In this document: piece by piece, positions 11,001-19,524 of the stretch
Layout of the letters: each line of letters starts with the position of its first letter
Position numbering within the stretch: the first letter of the stretch is position 1
Origin: a virus
Lineage: Duplodnaviria > Caudoviricetes
Virus record (IMG/VR): IMGVR_UViG_3300033076_000313
Span: 1-62,369 of that record
Length of the DNA: 62,369 nt
Reading direction: 5' to 3' (one strand)
Program-made: the position numbers and the translations under genes
Notes under the pieces: generated by a model
The model's database searches: none
The model's input: the letters and a program-made list of their open reading frames with translations, nothing else
Told to the model about the DNA's origin: nothing

Positions 11001-11196
11001 ACTGCAAGAGCTGACCAGTGCCAGACACCAAGCCTGCGCCGATGTCAGATACGTGCTCACCAAGAGAGATGTCTTTCTTGGTGAACTTCTCAAAGTTTGC
11101 TTGAGCGTATGCAAGAACCTCTTTTTCCGATGCGCCTTCTGGAGCTGTTACTTCAAATGTTTGACCATCTGGTGACGTTACTTCATAGGTCGGCAT
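5080..11196 (-). CDS. large polyvalent internal virion/ejection protein (ddrB-like ParB domain, HExxH metallopeptidase-like motif, LPD38-like C-terminus)
   Basis: 2038 aa; last gene of the virion module. YAVVDAGDLMTSH...GNGRIAGLQAAY (ParB-like), TIMHEMLHAATQ (HExxH), C-terminal NYDFFQGRPL..SPIAIDHIIRG resembling LPD38. Confidence 0.7.
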   Translation of the reverse strand: MPTYEVTSPDGQTFEVTAPEGASEKEVLAYAQANFEKFTKKDISLGEHVSDIGAGLVSGTGQLLQFPGQLVGLATGAIKNQDFGTTGLQGIGKGMQEWAQEHKSAGLKQREAATQAKVQQAEKEGGQWGALKTQLAESLTDPAQLGSFLAEQVPASLPSILAALIPGVGPEAAAEVKAMQIAAKSATTVAAKEAAERALGEAVKKASESAISRGAAASIGTAAVQQGADVGVGAYQQIYDDLVAKGAKPEEAADQAINAARMAGLSGAAISVLANKLPGAQAMERALAGERGNAGRIIGAGLGALKEIPGEMVEEGGGQFAQNVAARQFNPDQSLTEGVGRAGALAALGAGAMGATVGAVQGRAPEQILPGPVTPTGQANVPAVTPPAAPPVAPAEPVGQEGTPPKEETPAGEPVKVAKEFEDALKDYEKGLSADAHDVFARLQNRDRATPASIQQMQGISAKPDYDRLKTSSDFANGAPVVMSDVRIPENQMGKTEVVTASDGRKIPVQYAVVDAGDLMTSHSADGLTNKSYADMNQQGIRAVAGNGRIAGLQAAYGANTAGGYRNALEMDTQHGIDQGAILNMENPVLVRVMPKSFVTPDIGDVSNVSGGLRMNPVETAANDSNRFDINGINFKDDGSFDKNSLIQFVRAMPKEEQGELMDKNGMPNSKAVDRLNNAIFHRAYGSPSLIDLYAQAADPEAKLILQALARSASKAAALDGAGQYDIRQNIIDAAELAVNARRQGIKLKDYVNQGDIGMDPNTRAVLDMFAENGRSGKRMGELLGKLADTAAAQANAEQDMFGNKTQLPLEDVFKTLQEKPTEPEDLFNKPAEEPEEQKAFDIAKNDVQVEKEITGMDINQANQWLIDNAPNSVAKYIAEKIAARIKAMTDSGIPMTFKVLPRTTRNAGGTATASIKGGKYHVHVEINGANAKTKDGHLNSGSNYKTIMHEMLHAATQPQTWMLGTLVRSGYADQSQLYKELTPLLVKIRRQVNHDIKNGKKHPFLTNHARWAASGRTNPQLQNVSELISYGLTEMIFQDYLKTVEVEKNVSAFSKLVGLFRRLLKIDTQYQSALEQLAEVTERGLEVPVADIKSEAKKHGYTVGKKTLREESVKMPFGKKEQEPTPTGAGVQSMDILSQIGRGNQEADPNHLQNLNKLWNNARDNPKATAEAARQATTHWLDWLETKVFSSDAALNNRIMRGLKEMGKTNAERLGLLLNTSLSQTNHKDALAALFLQKGGLRWNEKLYKWEGVDKEDNIIKLSKQLDELASKNGLTKQKAELVAHTAFEAKRLRSILRFNSELEQEIADIRADADSKRDSDPVASNALYEKANRLQDQKKYVSDEQKAMIGPAMELFKIHPELNDLVDTWNKIRAEAVDTLVKTGVWSKEDAEEMLANADYVPFYREDQLEKNKGPKEYIRGLQIQAREHRLKGSDRPVNDIFDNQVRWLQYSIGRAVSNRSALAMADTAVEVGAAVRVSDKDRGGAPNVVRVWRDGKEEFFSMEDPMFMDAFKGLEAVVIPSWKWASSIANMLRQSVVMYPMFSVAQVPQDSFAAMFSSGLKPQFALRIPVLAVKEFVQTLRGASKTHDILKNVGAVGVRDFTAAMVRMDTEIYAGLKAPPGVLGKIKHSLNHIAMSADNAVRQAVYEASIAQGLSEAEAMEKSFEVFNIRRKGSSKSLALAGQMIPFFSAYLAAQNVAYKTITGRGISPTERQEAFKTLAATTASVMVLSLLYAMMNGDDDDYLKKPATQRDRLLMVPGTGGFSIPLRADLFTMPKIITEHMYLLMTDKGYEDGRKFRDSMNAALGSALLSPTVVPQAIKPLVEVGINYDFFQGRPLIGTYQQKLETERQFTDSTSEMAKILGSTGMASPIAIDHIIRGMFGSVGGLVLYATNPMLHSDPNSPRPSLSERDAIAALPGMSGFMTKSYESALKKDFYTLKEEVDKAANTMNDLKTRSPYEIEGFLAKEENLSRLGLQKSVNAIGEKLSNIRKAVTQISNSNMPADEKREQLKMLREAENEMLKGVDVKALRQLGKI

Positions 11197-11208
11197 TAAG
11201 GGCTCCTG

Positions 11209-13167
11209 TTACTTTGGCTTCGTTGGCGTTATTGACCAGCCTGCATTATCGCTTGTTGATGCGCCTCCGCCAAGAGCTTCAAATGGATCAGCCTCTGGAC
11301 CATACGCGCCTTTATACGCATTCACATAGCCTTTGCTGCGGCGCAGAATGTCAGAGATCAACAACTGTTTCTTGGCCGCGCGCTGTGCATCAGTCAATGT
11401 CAAGTTTTTGGGATCGGTAGAAAGCTCTTTCTCGGCAGCAATTTCGGCATTCTTGCTGATGTTTGCAAGCATGTCTGTATAACGCTGTTGCTCTCGACCC
11501 AAGCGGGCAGCTTGTTTTTCTTCCAACGCCGCAGCGCCAGACTGTTTCAAACGCTCATTAGTTTGACCGGCCAGCTCTTTGCGCAACTGGATCATGGCGT
11601 CTTGGTAGTCCTTAGAAGAACCGATCTTGGCCAAGCCAAGGCGACCAGACAACAATGCGTTCTCTTCAGCGGTACGTTGAGCATTTGCCTGAGCCAGTGA
11701 TTGCAGACCTTGACTTGCGCCTGCGCCAATGTTGGCAGCAGCATAAGGAGATGTTCCACCCATCATGCCCAAGCCAGCCTGCAAGATGGCCATGGCCTTG
11801 TCTTGTTCGCGCTGCTTTTCCAAGTTGGCTTCACGACGGGCAAACAGTTCTTCAAACTTGGCGTATGGGCTTGCTGGAGTTTGAGATGTAGTTGCTGCCG
11901 CATTTCCCTGAGAAGCTGGCTTATAAGCAGACAACATCTTGTCAATGCTCAAATTGTCAGCTGCATCAATTGCGTCTTGCGAAGCTTCCTCTTTTTGCAC
12001 GCCGCCATACAAACGAGGATCGTTTTGCATGGTTGGATGACCACGTTGAATGTTAGCCAATGGGGTTGCCTTGGCATTGCGAGCAGCCAATGCAGCAGCA
12101 ACTTTCTCTTTGGCCTGCGCCATGCCGGGCATGTCTTCACCGGCAGTCAGGCCCTTTTCGTAGCTCATTGCGTCTGCAAGATAGTCTTTGGCTGCACGGC
12201 CCGCGCGCATAACCTTTTCACCAAGCAGTTCGCGTTTTACATCGTCATACTCAAATTCACCACTGTATGGATTGAAACCGCCAGCCTCAAAGTGCTTCAC
12301 CTCGCCACCTTGGGCAAGACCTTGCACGTAGTTTCGTGTTTCCTTTGGCAGTTTGGACATATCAGCGCCAGCCATCAACCATTTGTCAACGTTGCCGGGG
12401 CCCCAGTTGTAGGCCATAGCAGCCAGTTTGGGGTCTTTGTACTTGCGCTCCAGTTGAGCCAAGAACTTGACGCCGCCTTCAATGTTTTGCTCAGGGTCAA
12501 ACGCATCCTTGACGCCCAAAGACTTGGCGGTGGCAGGCATCAACTGCATCACGCCTTGTGCACCAGCAGAAGAAACAGCATGGGCACGATCCTTCATGCC
12601 ACCAGTTTCCTTGTGCATGACGTGCTTCAACAGGCGCTCATCAACACCGTGGGCCTTATTCTTCTCCAAAGCCAAAGCTTCAAACTCGCCACCTTTGGGG
12701 CTGACGCGCACGGCTTGGTACGAGTCTTTGCCTTCCTTCTCGACGGCATAAGGAGCAGCGTTGGCCATGACTTGCTGATACTCATCCATGGCATCTTCCA
12801 TGGCAGACATACGCTCAGCTTCTTGACGATCCTCATCTGTGTCGTCTTCTTCGTCATACATGCCGCCATCAGCAAACGCCACAATACCACCGCCAGCCAT
12901 TGCTTGAGGCAGGTTGGTTGGCAAAGATGGGACGCCTTGCTCAACTTGCTGAGCTTCAGACATGATCTGCTGAGCCACGCTTGGATGAGGCATGGCGTTC
13001 TGAGCAGCCTTGGCCGCCTGAAGCAGCTTGGCATCTTTCACCTTTTCCTGCAACAGAGGCACGCCAATGTAAGACGGGATCACACCATCTTGGATTGACT
13101 GTTGAAGCTGAGGAATCGACAGCTCTTGTGCCAGACGAGCGCGATTGGACATGCTGGTGATTGACAT
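11209..13167 (-). CDS. internal virion protein with soluble lytic transglycosylase (SLT) domain
   Basis: HKETGG..AVSSAGAQGVMQLMPATA..DPEQNIEGGVKFL..AYNWGPGNV..PKETRNYV, the canonical SLT motifs. Confidence 0.9.
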   Translation of the reverse strand: MSITSMSNRARLAQELSIPQLQQSIQDGVIPSYIGVPLLQEKVKDAKLLQAAKAAQNAMPHPSVAQQIMSEAQQVEQGVPSLPTNLPQAMAGGGIVAFADGGMYDEEDDTDEDRQEAERMSAMEDAMDEYQQVMANAAPYAVEKEGKDSYQAVRVSPKGGEFEALALEKNKAHGVDERLLKHVMHKETGGMKDRAHAVSSAGAQGVMQLMPATAKSLGVKDAFDPEQNIEGGVKFLAQLERKYKDPKLAAMAYNWGPGNVDKWLMAGADMSKLPKETRNYVQGLAQGGEVKHFEAGGFNPYSGEFEYDDVKRELLGEKVMRAGRAAKDYLADAMSYEKGLTAGEDMPGMAQAKEKVAAALAARNAKATPLANIQRGHPTMQNDPRLYGGVQKEEASQDAIDAADNLSIDKMLSAYKPASQGNAAATTSQTPASPYAKFEELFARREANLEKQREQDKAMAILQAGLGMMGGTSPYAAANIGAGASQGLQSLAQANAQRTAEENALLSGRLGLAKIGSSKDYQDAMIQLRKELAGQTNERLKQSGAAALEEKQAARLGREQQRYTDMLANISKNAEIAAEKELSTDPKNLTLTDAQRAAKKQLLISDILRRSKGYVNAYKGAYGPEADPFEALGGGASTSDNAGWSITPTKPK

Positions 13168-13179
13168 GATGTGCCTTAC

Positions 13180-15057
13180 TTATTTCATTGCGTTGTACAG
13201 ACCAAGAGCTTCCAGACCGCCTGAGCCGCCACGCTTCTTGATGTCTTTGGTAGAGCCGCCTGCGCGCGCCATCAGCTTGGATGCGCCGATAGCAGCCGTG
13301 CCAGCGCCAGCCAGCTGAGAAGTGAGCGACGGAGCGGCTTGATATGTCTGTGTCGATGTCGTTTGCAGTGGCAGGCCGCGCAACATAGCGTTCATGTTGG
13401 ACAGCTGCTGCATTGCCCACTGTTGCTGTGTAGCGTAATCTTGAATCTGCTGGTTGACCTTTTGTTGTTCCAGCTGTTGTTGCTGTGTGCCCAGCTGGTT
13501 CTGCAAGCCAATAGTTCCAACCCTTTGGTTGTATTGGTTCTGACCCAAAGTGCCAAGCTGATTTGCTGCATTCAAGCCTGTGCTCAGACCTTGCAGACCG
13601 TAGTTTGCGCCGAACTGACGAGATGCTTCGGCAGCTTGATCGGCAGACAAACCATACTGAGCTTGCAGCTGGGCGGCAGTCATGTTCTGGCCATAGCCAT
13701 ATTGACGTGACTGTTCTGCGGCTTGTTGCGCTTGCAACGCTGCTGCTTGATTGAGCTGCTGTGCTTGCAGATTTTGACCAGCACCCAAGCTTTGAACTCC
13801 AAGTTGCGCCTGCAAGTTTTGCTGACCAGTAGTGAGTCCGGCTTGTTGATTTGCCAAAGCTGCTTGAAGAGCTTGAGCAGAGTTGAGGCCCATGGCTTGC
13901 AGCTGAGCGGCTTGGTTTTGCACGTTTGCTTGCTGTTGGTTGCTCAAATTGGACAAAGCAGTTTGCAATCCGGTTTGAGTTCCAAGCTGCTGGATACCCA
14001 AATTGGCAGCCAAGTTTTGCTGGCCAACAGTAAGACCTGCTTGCTGGTTTGCCTGCTGAGCTTGCAAACGAGCTTGCTGTTCTTGATTGAACTGTTGTTG
14101 AGCTTGCTGGTAAGCGGCTTGTTGGCCTGTTGCCTGAATGTCACTCAGTCGCGTTCCAAGATTGCGCTGACGTTCAGCTTCAACCAATGCTGCACGAGAA
14201 CCGCCAAACGCGCCTTGCCCAACGGCTTGAGCTGCATTTTGCTGAGCCTGAATATCAGATGCACGACGCGCTTCGCGCTGTTGAACATCAACAACGTTCT
14301 GCATGTATGGAGACATATAGTCTTGCGCTTTACCGGGTTGAGCAAAACTTTCTGTGCTCACCTGTTGCGCTGGACCCATTTGATAGTTCTGCAAATTGGG
14401 TGCGTACCCAGTCTGCGCCGCCTGCATTTGAGCGGCTTCGTTTCCTGTTGCGCTTACATTTTGCGGACCTTGCATTTGGAATGTCTGCAAGTTCTGAGCG
14501 GATACGATGGGCGCACCAAATTGACCAGACTGGTATTGATCTGGGGCTTGATATTGGTTTGCAAAACGAGCTGGGTTGTATTGCGCAGCAAGAGCACCAA
14601 GACCAGCTAGGGTTGCCATGTCTGTTGCAGTTTGGTTTTGAGGCGAAACACCCATAGTTGCCGCGCTGCCAAATGCTCGCTCTTGCAATGGCTGCCAACC
14701 AGCAAAATACTTGTCTACGTTATAGCCTGTTTGCTTGCCATAGTTTGGGTTGTCAATCGTCTCACCTTTGTCATTGGTGATCGTTTTATTCATGTCATAC
14801 GTTCCGCCAAACGCTTGGAACGGACGCATGCCAGTAATTTCTGTGGATGTCTGGCCAGTCGTAGGATCGGTTTTTTGTTTGGTGTTAAACAGCTGTTGCT
14901 GCGTAGCGCCAAGCATTGTCTCTACATAAGGACGTGCGTATTCAGGAATGTTTGACGTTTGTGTCGTCGAAGTGGATGGTCCACCACCGCCACCGCCACC
15001 TGAGTCAAGATGTAGCGTGGGTACAAAAAAGCGGATGAGCTGGGCCAATTTAAACAT
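13180..15057 (-). CDS. Q/A/G-rich DNA ejection (pilot-like) protein
   Basis: Poly-Gly near the N-terminus, YMSPYMQNVVD and GAFGGSR motifs, Gln-rich internal repeats; position among ejection genes. Confidence 0.7.
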   Translation of the reverse strand: MFKLAQLIRFFVPTLHLDSGGGGGGGPSTSTTQTSNIPEYARPYVETMLGATQQQLFNTKQKTDPTTGQTSTEITGMRPFQAFGGTYDMNKTITNDKGETIDNPNYGKQTGYNVDKYFAGWQPLQERAFGSAATMGVSPQNQTATDMATLAGLGALAAQYNPARFANQYQAPDQYQSGQFGAPIVSAQNLQTFQMQGPQNVSATGNEAAQMQAAQTGYAPNLQNYQMGPAQQVSTESFAQPGKAQDYMSPYMQNVVDVQQREARRASDIQAQQNAAQAVGQGAFGGSRAALVEAERQRNLGTRLSDIQATGQQAAYQQAQQQFNQEQQARLQAQQANQQAGLTVGQQNLAANLGIQQLGTQTGLQTALSNLSNQQQANVQNQAAQLQAMGLNSAQALQAALANQQAGLTTGQQNLQAQLGVQSLGAGQNLQAQQLNQAAALQAQQAAEQSRQYGYGQNMTAAQLQAQYGLSADQAAEASRQFGANYGLQGLSTGLNAANQLGTLGQNQYNQRVGTIGLQNQLGTQQQQLEQQKVNQQIQDYATQQQWAMQQLSNMNAMLRGLPLQTTSTQTYQAAPSLTSQLAGAGTAAIGASKLMARAGGSTKDIKKRGGSGGLEALGLYNAMK

Positions 15058-15496
15058 CTAAGTGCTCCTTGCGGTAATCATCAAACCGCTCGTGAAAAAC
15101 TGCCTTCCACATATCTGGAAGAATTTCTTTTGCCTTTTCAGGACCAACGCAGACATGCACGGCGTAAGCCATTATGTTACCTGCGGCATAGCGTAGGCTA
15201 TGTGCGATCTCAATTCCGTGAGGGTCTTTGTCTCGCTCAAACTTGTTGGCGGTTTGGTACGCAGACACCACAGTCAACCACATCGGCATAACCTGCACCT
15301 GAATGCTGCGGTAGAAAGGGTTGGCAGGCAGGTATACCAAGCAGATCAAAAACGCATTGTTGATGTCGTCTTCTGTGGCTTCTTTGTCTTTATCAACAAG
15401 GTCATCCCACAGGTGTGCCAAATCCACGAACATGCGATACATGTTCAACGCATCTTCGTTACCCCCGAACCACTCTAATTTGCCACACTTGTTCAT
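15050..15496 (-). CDS. hypothetical protein with DDxxD (isoprenoid synthase-like) motif
   Basis: AHLWDDLVDKD in an all-helical-looking 148-aa protein overlapping both neighbours. Confidence 0.6.
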   Translation of the reverse strand: MNKCGKLEWFGGNEDALNMYRMFVDLAHLWDDLVDKDKEATEDDINNAFLICLVYLPANPFYRSIQVQVMPMWLTVVSAYQTANKFERDKDPHGIEIAHSLRYAAGNIMAYAVHVCVGPEKAKEILPDMWKAVFHERFDDYRKEHLDV

Positions 15497-16860
15497 GCAG
15501 GCATCGCCTTAGATGGATTCACCTGTGGAGCTTGACGCTTTTTACCTGTGCGTTGTTTGCGGATGCGGTCCATCATTGCGTAGAGCTGCTTCGCTCCAGC
15601 GTCCGACGAGCCGTTACCAAGATGAGAAACAACATCAGCAGGAACCACAAACTCGCCATCAGCCAAACGGGCCGGTTGCTTGGAGCCAATCTGCGCAGGG
15701 ATAGAGTCGGACATACCATCGCCGGGGCCTTTCAACATTTGGCCGCCATCTGAATAATGGCCCAAACTGGTAATACCACCGCCAGCCATGCCGCGAGGTT
15801 CACCAGTAAAAGAATCAACGCCTGAATCAGATGAGTCTGTCACCACGTTTCGGGAGATGGGCGTTTGCCATGGTGTCGCATAAGCACCTTGATGAATGTC
15901 AGCTTGTGGAAAGCCTGTGTTCTGACCAACGGAATTGGCATTAGACATCTGCTCAACCACGCCACCACCTGCCGCCATTCCATAGGTATAACGCTGAGGC
16001 ATGTAGTATGGATTTGGTTGTTGAGGTTCATACGGCTTGTAGTCCTCAGACATACGGTATTTACTCAATGGGCCGTTGTACTTTTCAGCGCCGGGCACAG
16101 GTTTAGGGCTTGTGTCAGCCATAGAGCCAAGAGCTGCTGCACCATATTTGAGAGCATCTTTTGTAGACAAATTGCCAATGCCTGACTGACCTTGCATAAA
16201 GCCAGAATTACCAGCGGAAGAAATACGATTTGCATACGACGCGTTATCGCCTGCCGCAGCGATTCGATCTGCGTTTGACATGGCGTTTTGAGGACCAAAT
16301 CCACCAACGGCTTCTGGTGTAGGTGTAAGAGTTGGAGCTCCAGTACCTGCATTTAATGTTTGACTTGGAGGAGCCTGCAACGTGTAATCAGGAGTAACAG
16401 GAGCTGGCGCAGTTGGCGTTACAGGAGCTGTTGGTGCAGCAGGAGGAGTTGTTGCGGCTGCCGGAGTTGCTTCGGCCCCAGTTGGAGCTGCTGCTGCAAA
16501 TCCACTAGCTAGACCTGCGCCACCATACGCGCCCAAACCAGCTTTAATGCCTTCCATAATGCTGCCGGTGCGAGCTGTTTGCAAGCCTCCAACACCAAGA
16601 CCAATTTCACCAGCGGTCAAAGCGCCAGCACCAAGACCACCAGTGGCGTACATCAATCCAGCGCCGAGCAATGTTGGCATCATGCGGTCAAGAAAACCAG
16701 CCTCAACCAAGCCGGTATGAGGGTTAACCGTCAACGAGCCACCATGAGCTTTAGCCAAAGCTTGCAAGCCAGCAACCTCACGGCCTGACATGTGAACAAG
16801 TTGATTGTCTGGACCGCGACCTTTGGCGGCCATGTGTTGGGCAATTGCGTGCAAGCTCAT
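15493..16860 (-). CDS. Gly/Ala/Pro-rich internal virion protein
   Basis: GRGPDNQLVHM..TVNPHTGLVEA N-terminus, hydrophobic Gly-rich segments, C-terminal GPGDGMSDSIPA..RLADGEFVVPADVV. Confidence 0.7.
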   Translation of the reverse strand: MSLHAIAQHMAAKGRGPDNQLVHMSGREVAGLQALAKAHGGSLTVNPHTGLVEAGFLDRMMPTLLGAGLMYATGGLGAGALTAGEIGLGVGGLQTARTGSIMEGIKAGLGAYGGAGLASGFAAAAPTGAEATPAAATTPPAAPTAPVTPTAPAPVTPDYTLQAPPSQTLNAGTGAPTLTPTPEAVGGFGPQNAMSNADRIAAAGDNASYANRISSAGNSGFMQGQSGIGNLSTKDALKYGAAALGSMADTSPKPVPGAEKYNGPLSKYRMSEDYKPYEPQQPNPYYMPQRYTYGMAAGGGVVEQMSNANSVGQNTGFPQADIHQGAYATPWQTPISRNVVTDSSDSGVDSFTGEPRGMAGGGITSLGHYSDGGQMLKGPGDGMSDSIPAQIGSKQPARLADGEFVVPADVVSHLGNGSSDAGAKQLYAMMDRIRKQRTGKKRQAPQVNPSKAMPA

Positions 16861-16894
16861 AAAAGCCTCGCTGGAAAGGGGTTGGTGAAGTCTA

Positions 16895-17548
16895 TCATGT
16901 CAAGACAGAAGAGACAAATGAAAGTGTGGCCACCACCGACGGGATGGCAGGCATAACAAAAGGGGAGACTTGCGCTGGCGCTGCGTCAAAAGTGACGGCG
17001 GTGTTGTCTACAGCTGCCCACATCTCGACGGTGTCGGTTGCCGCAAGCTGCACAAAGAAGTTGCAAGCGGCGATCACGTAGCCGTCAATACCACCATGCT
17101 TAGCGGTTACATCAAACTTACTGCCGGTACCTGCTACATCCACTCCGTTTACGCGCAACCAAATCCAAGCCGAATGAATCTGGGTGTCGGTGTTCTTTAA
17201 CTGCACACTGAATTGGTAGTTGTAAATGCCTGCTTGGGCAACGTGGATACCATCCGTGCCATCGTTGGTCGTACCGTTCAAAAAATCGTTTTGGTCGAAC
17301 GTAACCTGTGTTGCGGTGTTGGCAGTGAATGAAACGTCCGTTGTGCGCTGAATCGCAGCATACACGGTGTTGATGTACTTCCCACCTTCAGGGGCGAGCA
17401 CGGCGGCCAGCCCGTTATTGAGCTGGTTGAAATACAAACGCAAAATGTTTGTGAGGTCATCCCCATAGCGTTGGCTGTACTCGACCGGAGCCGCAGGTAG
17501 GCGCGGCGGCGAAACGGTTTGAAGTTGGTTGCGTACAGTGGTAGCCAT
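16895..17548 (-). CDS. tail-associated protein with C1q-like beta-sandwich
   Basis: RLPAAPVEY..LRLYFNQL N-terminus; GIHVAQAGIYNYQFSVQL..IWLRVNG pattern. Confidence 0.6.
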   Translation of the reverse strand: MATTVRNQLQTVSPPRLPAAPVEYSQRYGDDLTNILRLYFNQLNNGLAAVLAPEGGKYINTVYAAIQRTTDVSFTANTATQVTFDQNDFLNGTTNDGTDGIHVAQAGIYNYQFSVQLKNTDTQIHSAWIWLRVNGVDVAGTGSKFDVTAKHGGIDGYVIAACNFFVQLAATDTVEMWAAVDNTAVTFDAAPAQVSPFVMPAIPSVVATLSFVSSVLT

Positions 17549-19509
17549 CAGCGTCGTCCATCTGGGCGCACATCAAGGCGTGGGGCACCGAGTTGCCATG
17601 CTACACCGAGGTCGTTTGAGCCAACACGGAAAGCCATTTGACGACCGCGCACACGCACATAGACGTACTGCGTGAACTGCTGCACGTTGTAGGCGCGTTG
17701 GTTTGTGTAGTTGTTTGTGCTCACCACATCTGGGCTGTCTGACGAACCGTAGTTTGCACCGGGGTTTTGGCGCGGGCGCACGGTGAATGTCACTGTAGGC
17801 GCTGCACTGTCGGAGCCATCAAATGTCACGTCTGGGATGATCCGTGTAACCAGACCAAAATTATGACCATCCCCAATATCAAAATCGGAAGACTGGCAGT
17901 AAGCGTCAATAGCACTAGCAGGAGTAGTGGTTCCATCGTCGTTCCCTGTTTCTTGGTAAACAAGCTGCCCGTTGTATGGTGTAGCCATCGGCTGATCGCG
18001 CAAGGGCGAGTCCAACCAAGATGTGCGAGCCATCGTACCGTAGTACCAAGTGCGCTCAAGGTAGTTGTACACCACGTACTTGTCGATTGTGTTGCTGTTG
18101 GCTGAGCAGTAGAACCACCACACCTCGTTGTAGCCTTCGTTCGTGCCAGCAAAGAACTGATACGACTGGAGCATGTTGATGTCGTCGTAGATGTACTGGC
18201 GCAATGTGCACGGCAAAGTCTCCACGCGGCCTGAGTACATATAGAACTTGTCAGCACCCATCCAGTAGGTGACGTTGTTGGCCGTGGCCACCACATTCGG
18301 GCCAGCAATAGAAATGTTCTCACCCATGATCTGGAAGCCCCAGACGTACGGGGGGCCAAGGTACTGCATGGAGTACACGGCCGAGTTTGTGAACACCAAA
18401 ATTTCTTGGCGGGTCTGCTGTGCAGTGATGATCTCAGAGCCGTTACTCAGTCGGTAATCGCCTGCTTGGTTTGTAACGGCGGGAGTCCACGTGTTGTACT
18501 CTTCTTGCGCAGACCAGCGGATCAGCAAAGGGTCTTGTGTTGCACTAAACAACGCGCCAGACGGATCATTGGTGCCAAAGGCGATTACAAAGCGTGAAGA
18601 GTCGGACACCATGACCAAGTTGGCAACCGATGGCGACGTACTATCCATCGTTGCGCCATTGACGGTGGTGCCTGCTTTCATGATGACGCCACGGTCAAAA
18701 ATGTTTGGGTTGGCGTTCACCGACCAGTAGTACAACGCACCGCCGCGTGGGTTGAAGATCAAATCTTCGCCGTAGTTTGATTCGCTCCAAAGACGCAACT
18801 GCTGACCAACACCGCCAGTCGAGGCCGCCTGACCCCAACCGGTGCTCGTACCCCCAACGTTAGCGCCGCCCCATCCACCAGCACCCCAACCTGCTGCCAC
18901 TGTGTAGATGTCAAGCCCAGTTGTGATCTGGTACGCAAAGTCAGCGGTGCCTGTTGGCCCGGCGCTGCTTGTTGCTGGTGACGATGCCACAAAGCTGTAC
19001 TGGCTTGTGCTGATATAGGTGACTTGATGCTCACCATTAATGGCCGCTGCTGGCATACCGCCGATAGCTCCACCAACGTAAGTGATCGTCACAAAGTCGC
19101 CTGTTTGAGCGCCGTGGTTTGCATCGGTGACCGTCACAACATTTGAGCCAGCGGTGACAGTGAACGCGCTTGTTACGCCTGTTGCTGTGTCACGGATCGG
19201 CGTTACATCGTAATACTGGCCCCCCGGCCCGTTCTGAATGTAGTATTTGAGGTTGGTGCCGAGCGCCAAATAGTTGCGGCCTGCAAGCGAGTTCCAGTTC
19301 CACATTGAACGGCACACGCCCCAGTAGTTGCCAACAGTAGGGGTCAGTGTTGCATTGCAGGTGCCGGAGTCTTGAACCCAGCCACCGATCTTTTCAGGAT
19401 AGCCCGAGCGCCAGCGAACTTTGTCGCACTCAAACCACCCGCCTTCGTTGGCAAGTGTTGTGGATTCTCGGTTGACGCCGGGTCTAAATTGCAGTTTTTG
19501 GAGGGGCAT
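17548..19509 (-). CDS. tail tubular/head-stabilisation protein (P22 gp10-like)
   Basis: 653 aa, beta-rich; PEKIGGW N-terminus, LIRWS, NEVWWFY, C-terminal VRVRGRQMAFRV..WQLG..PDGRR. Confidence 0.75.
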   Translation of the reverse strand: MPLQKLQFRPGVNRESTTLANEGGWFECDKVRWRSGYPEKIGGWVQDSGTCNATLTPTVGNYWGVCRSMWNWNSLAGRNYLALGTNLKYYIQNGPGGQYYDVTPIRDTATGVTSAFTVTAGSNVVTVTDANHGAQTGDFVTITYVGGAIGGMPAAAINGEHQVTYISTSQYSFVASSPATSSAGPTGTADFAYQITTGLDIYTVAAGWGAGGWGGANVGGTSTGWGQAASTGGVGQQLRLWSESNYGEDLIFNPRGGALYYWSVNANPNIFDRGVIMKAGTTVNGATMDSTSPSVANLVMVSDSSRFVIAFGTNDPSGALFSATQDPLLIRWSAQEEYNTWTPAVTNQAGDYRLSNGSEIITAQQTRQEILVFTNSAVYSMQYLGPPYVWGFQIMGENISIAGPNVVATANNVTYWMGADKFYMYSGRVETLPCTLRQYIYDDINMLQSYQFFAGTNEGYNEVWWFYCSANSNTIDKYVVYNYLERTWYYGTMARTSWLDSPLRDQPMATPYNGQLVYQETGNDDGTTTPASAIDAYCQSSDFDIGDGHNFGLVTRIIPDVTFDGSDSAAPTVTFTVRPRQNPGANYGSSDSPDVVSTNNYTNQRAYNVQQFTQYVYVRVRGRQMAFRVGSNDLGVAWQLGAPRLDVRPDGRR

Positions 19510-19524
19510 GGCGGGATTTTCCCA

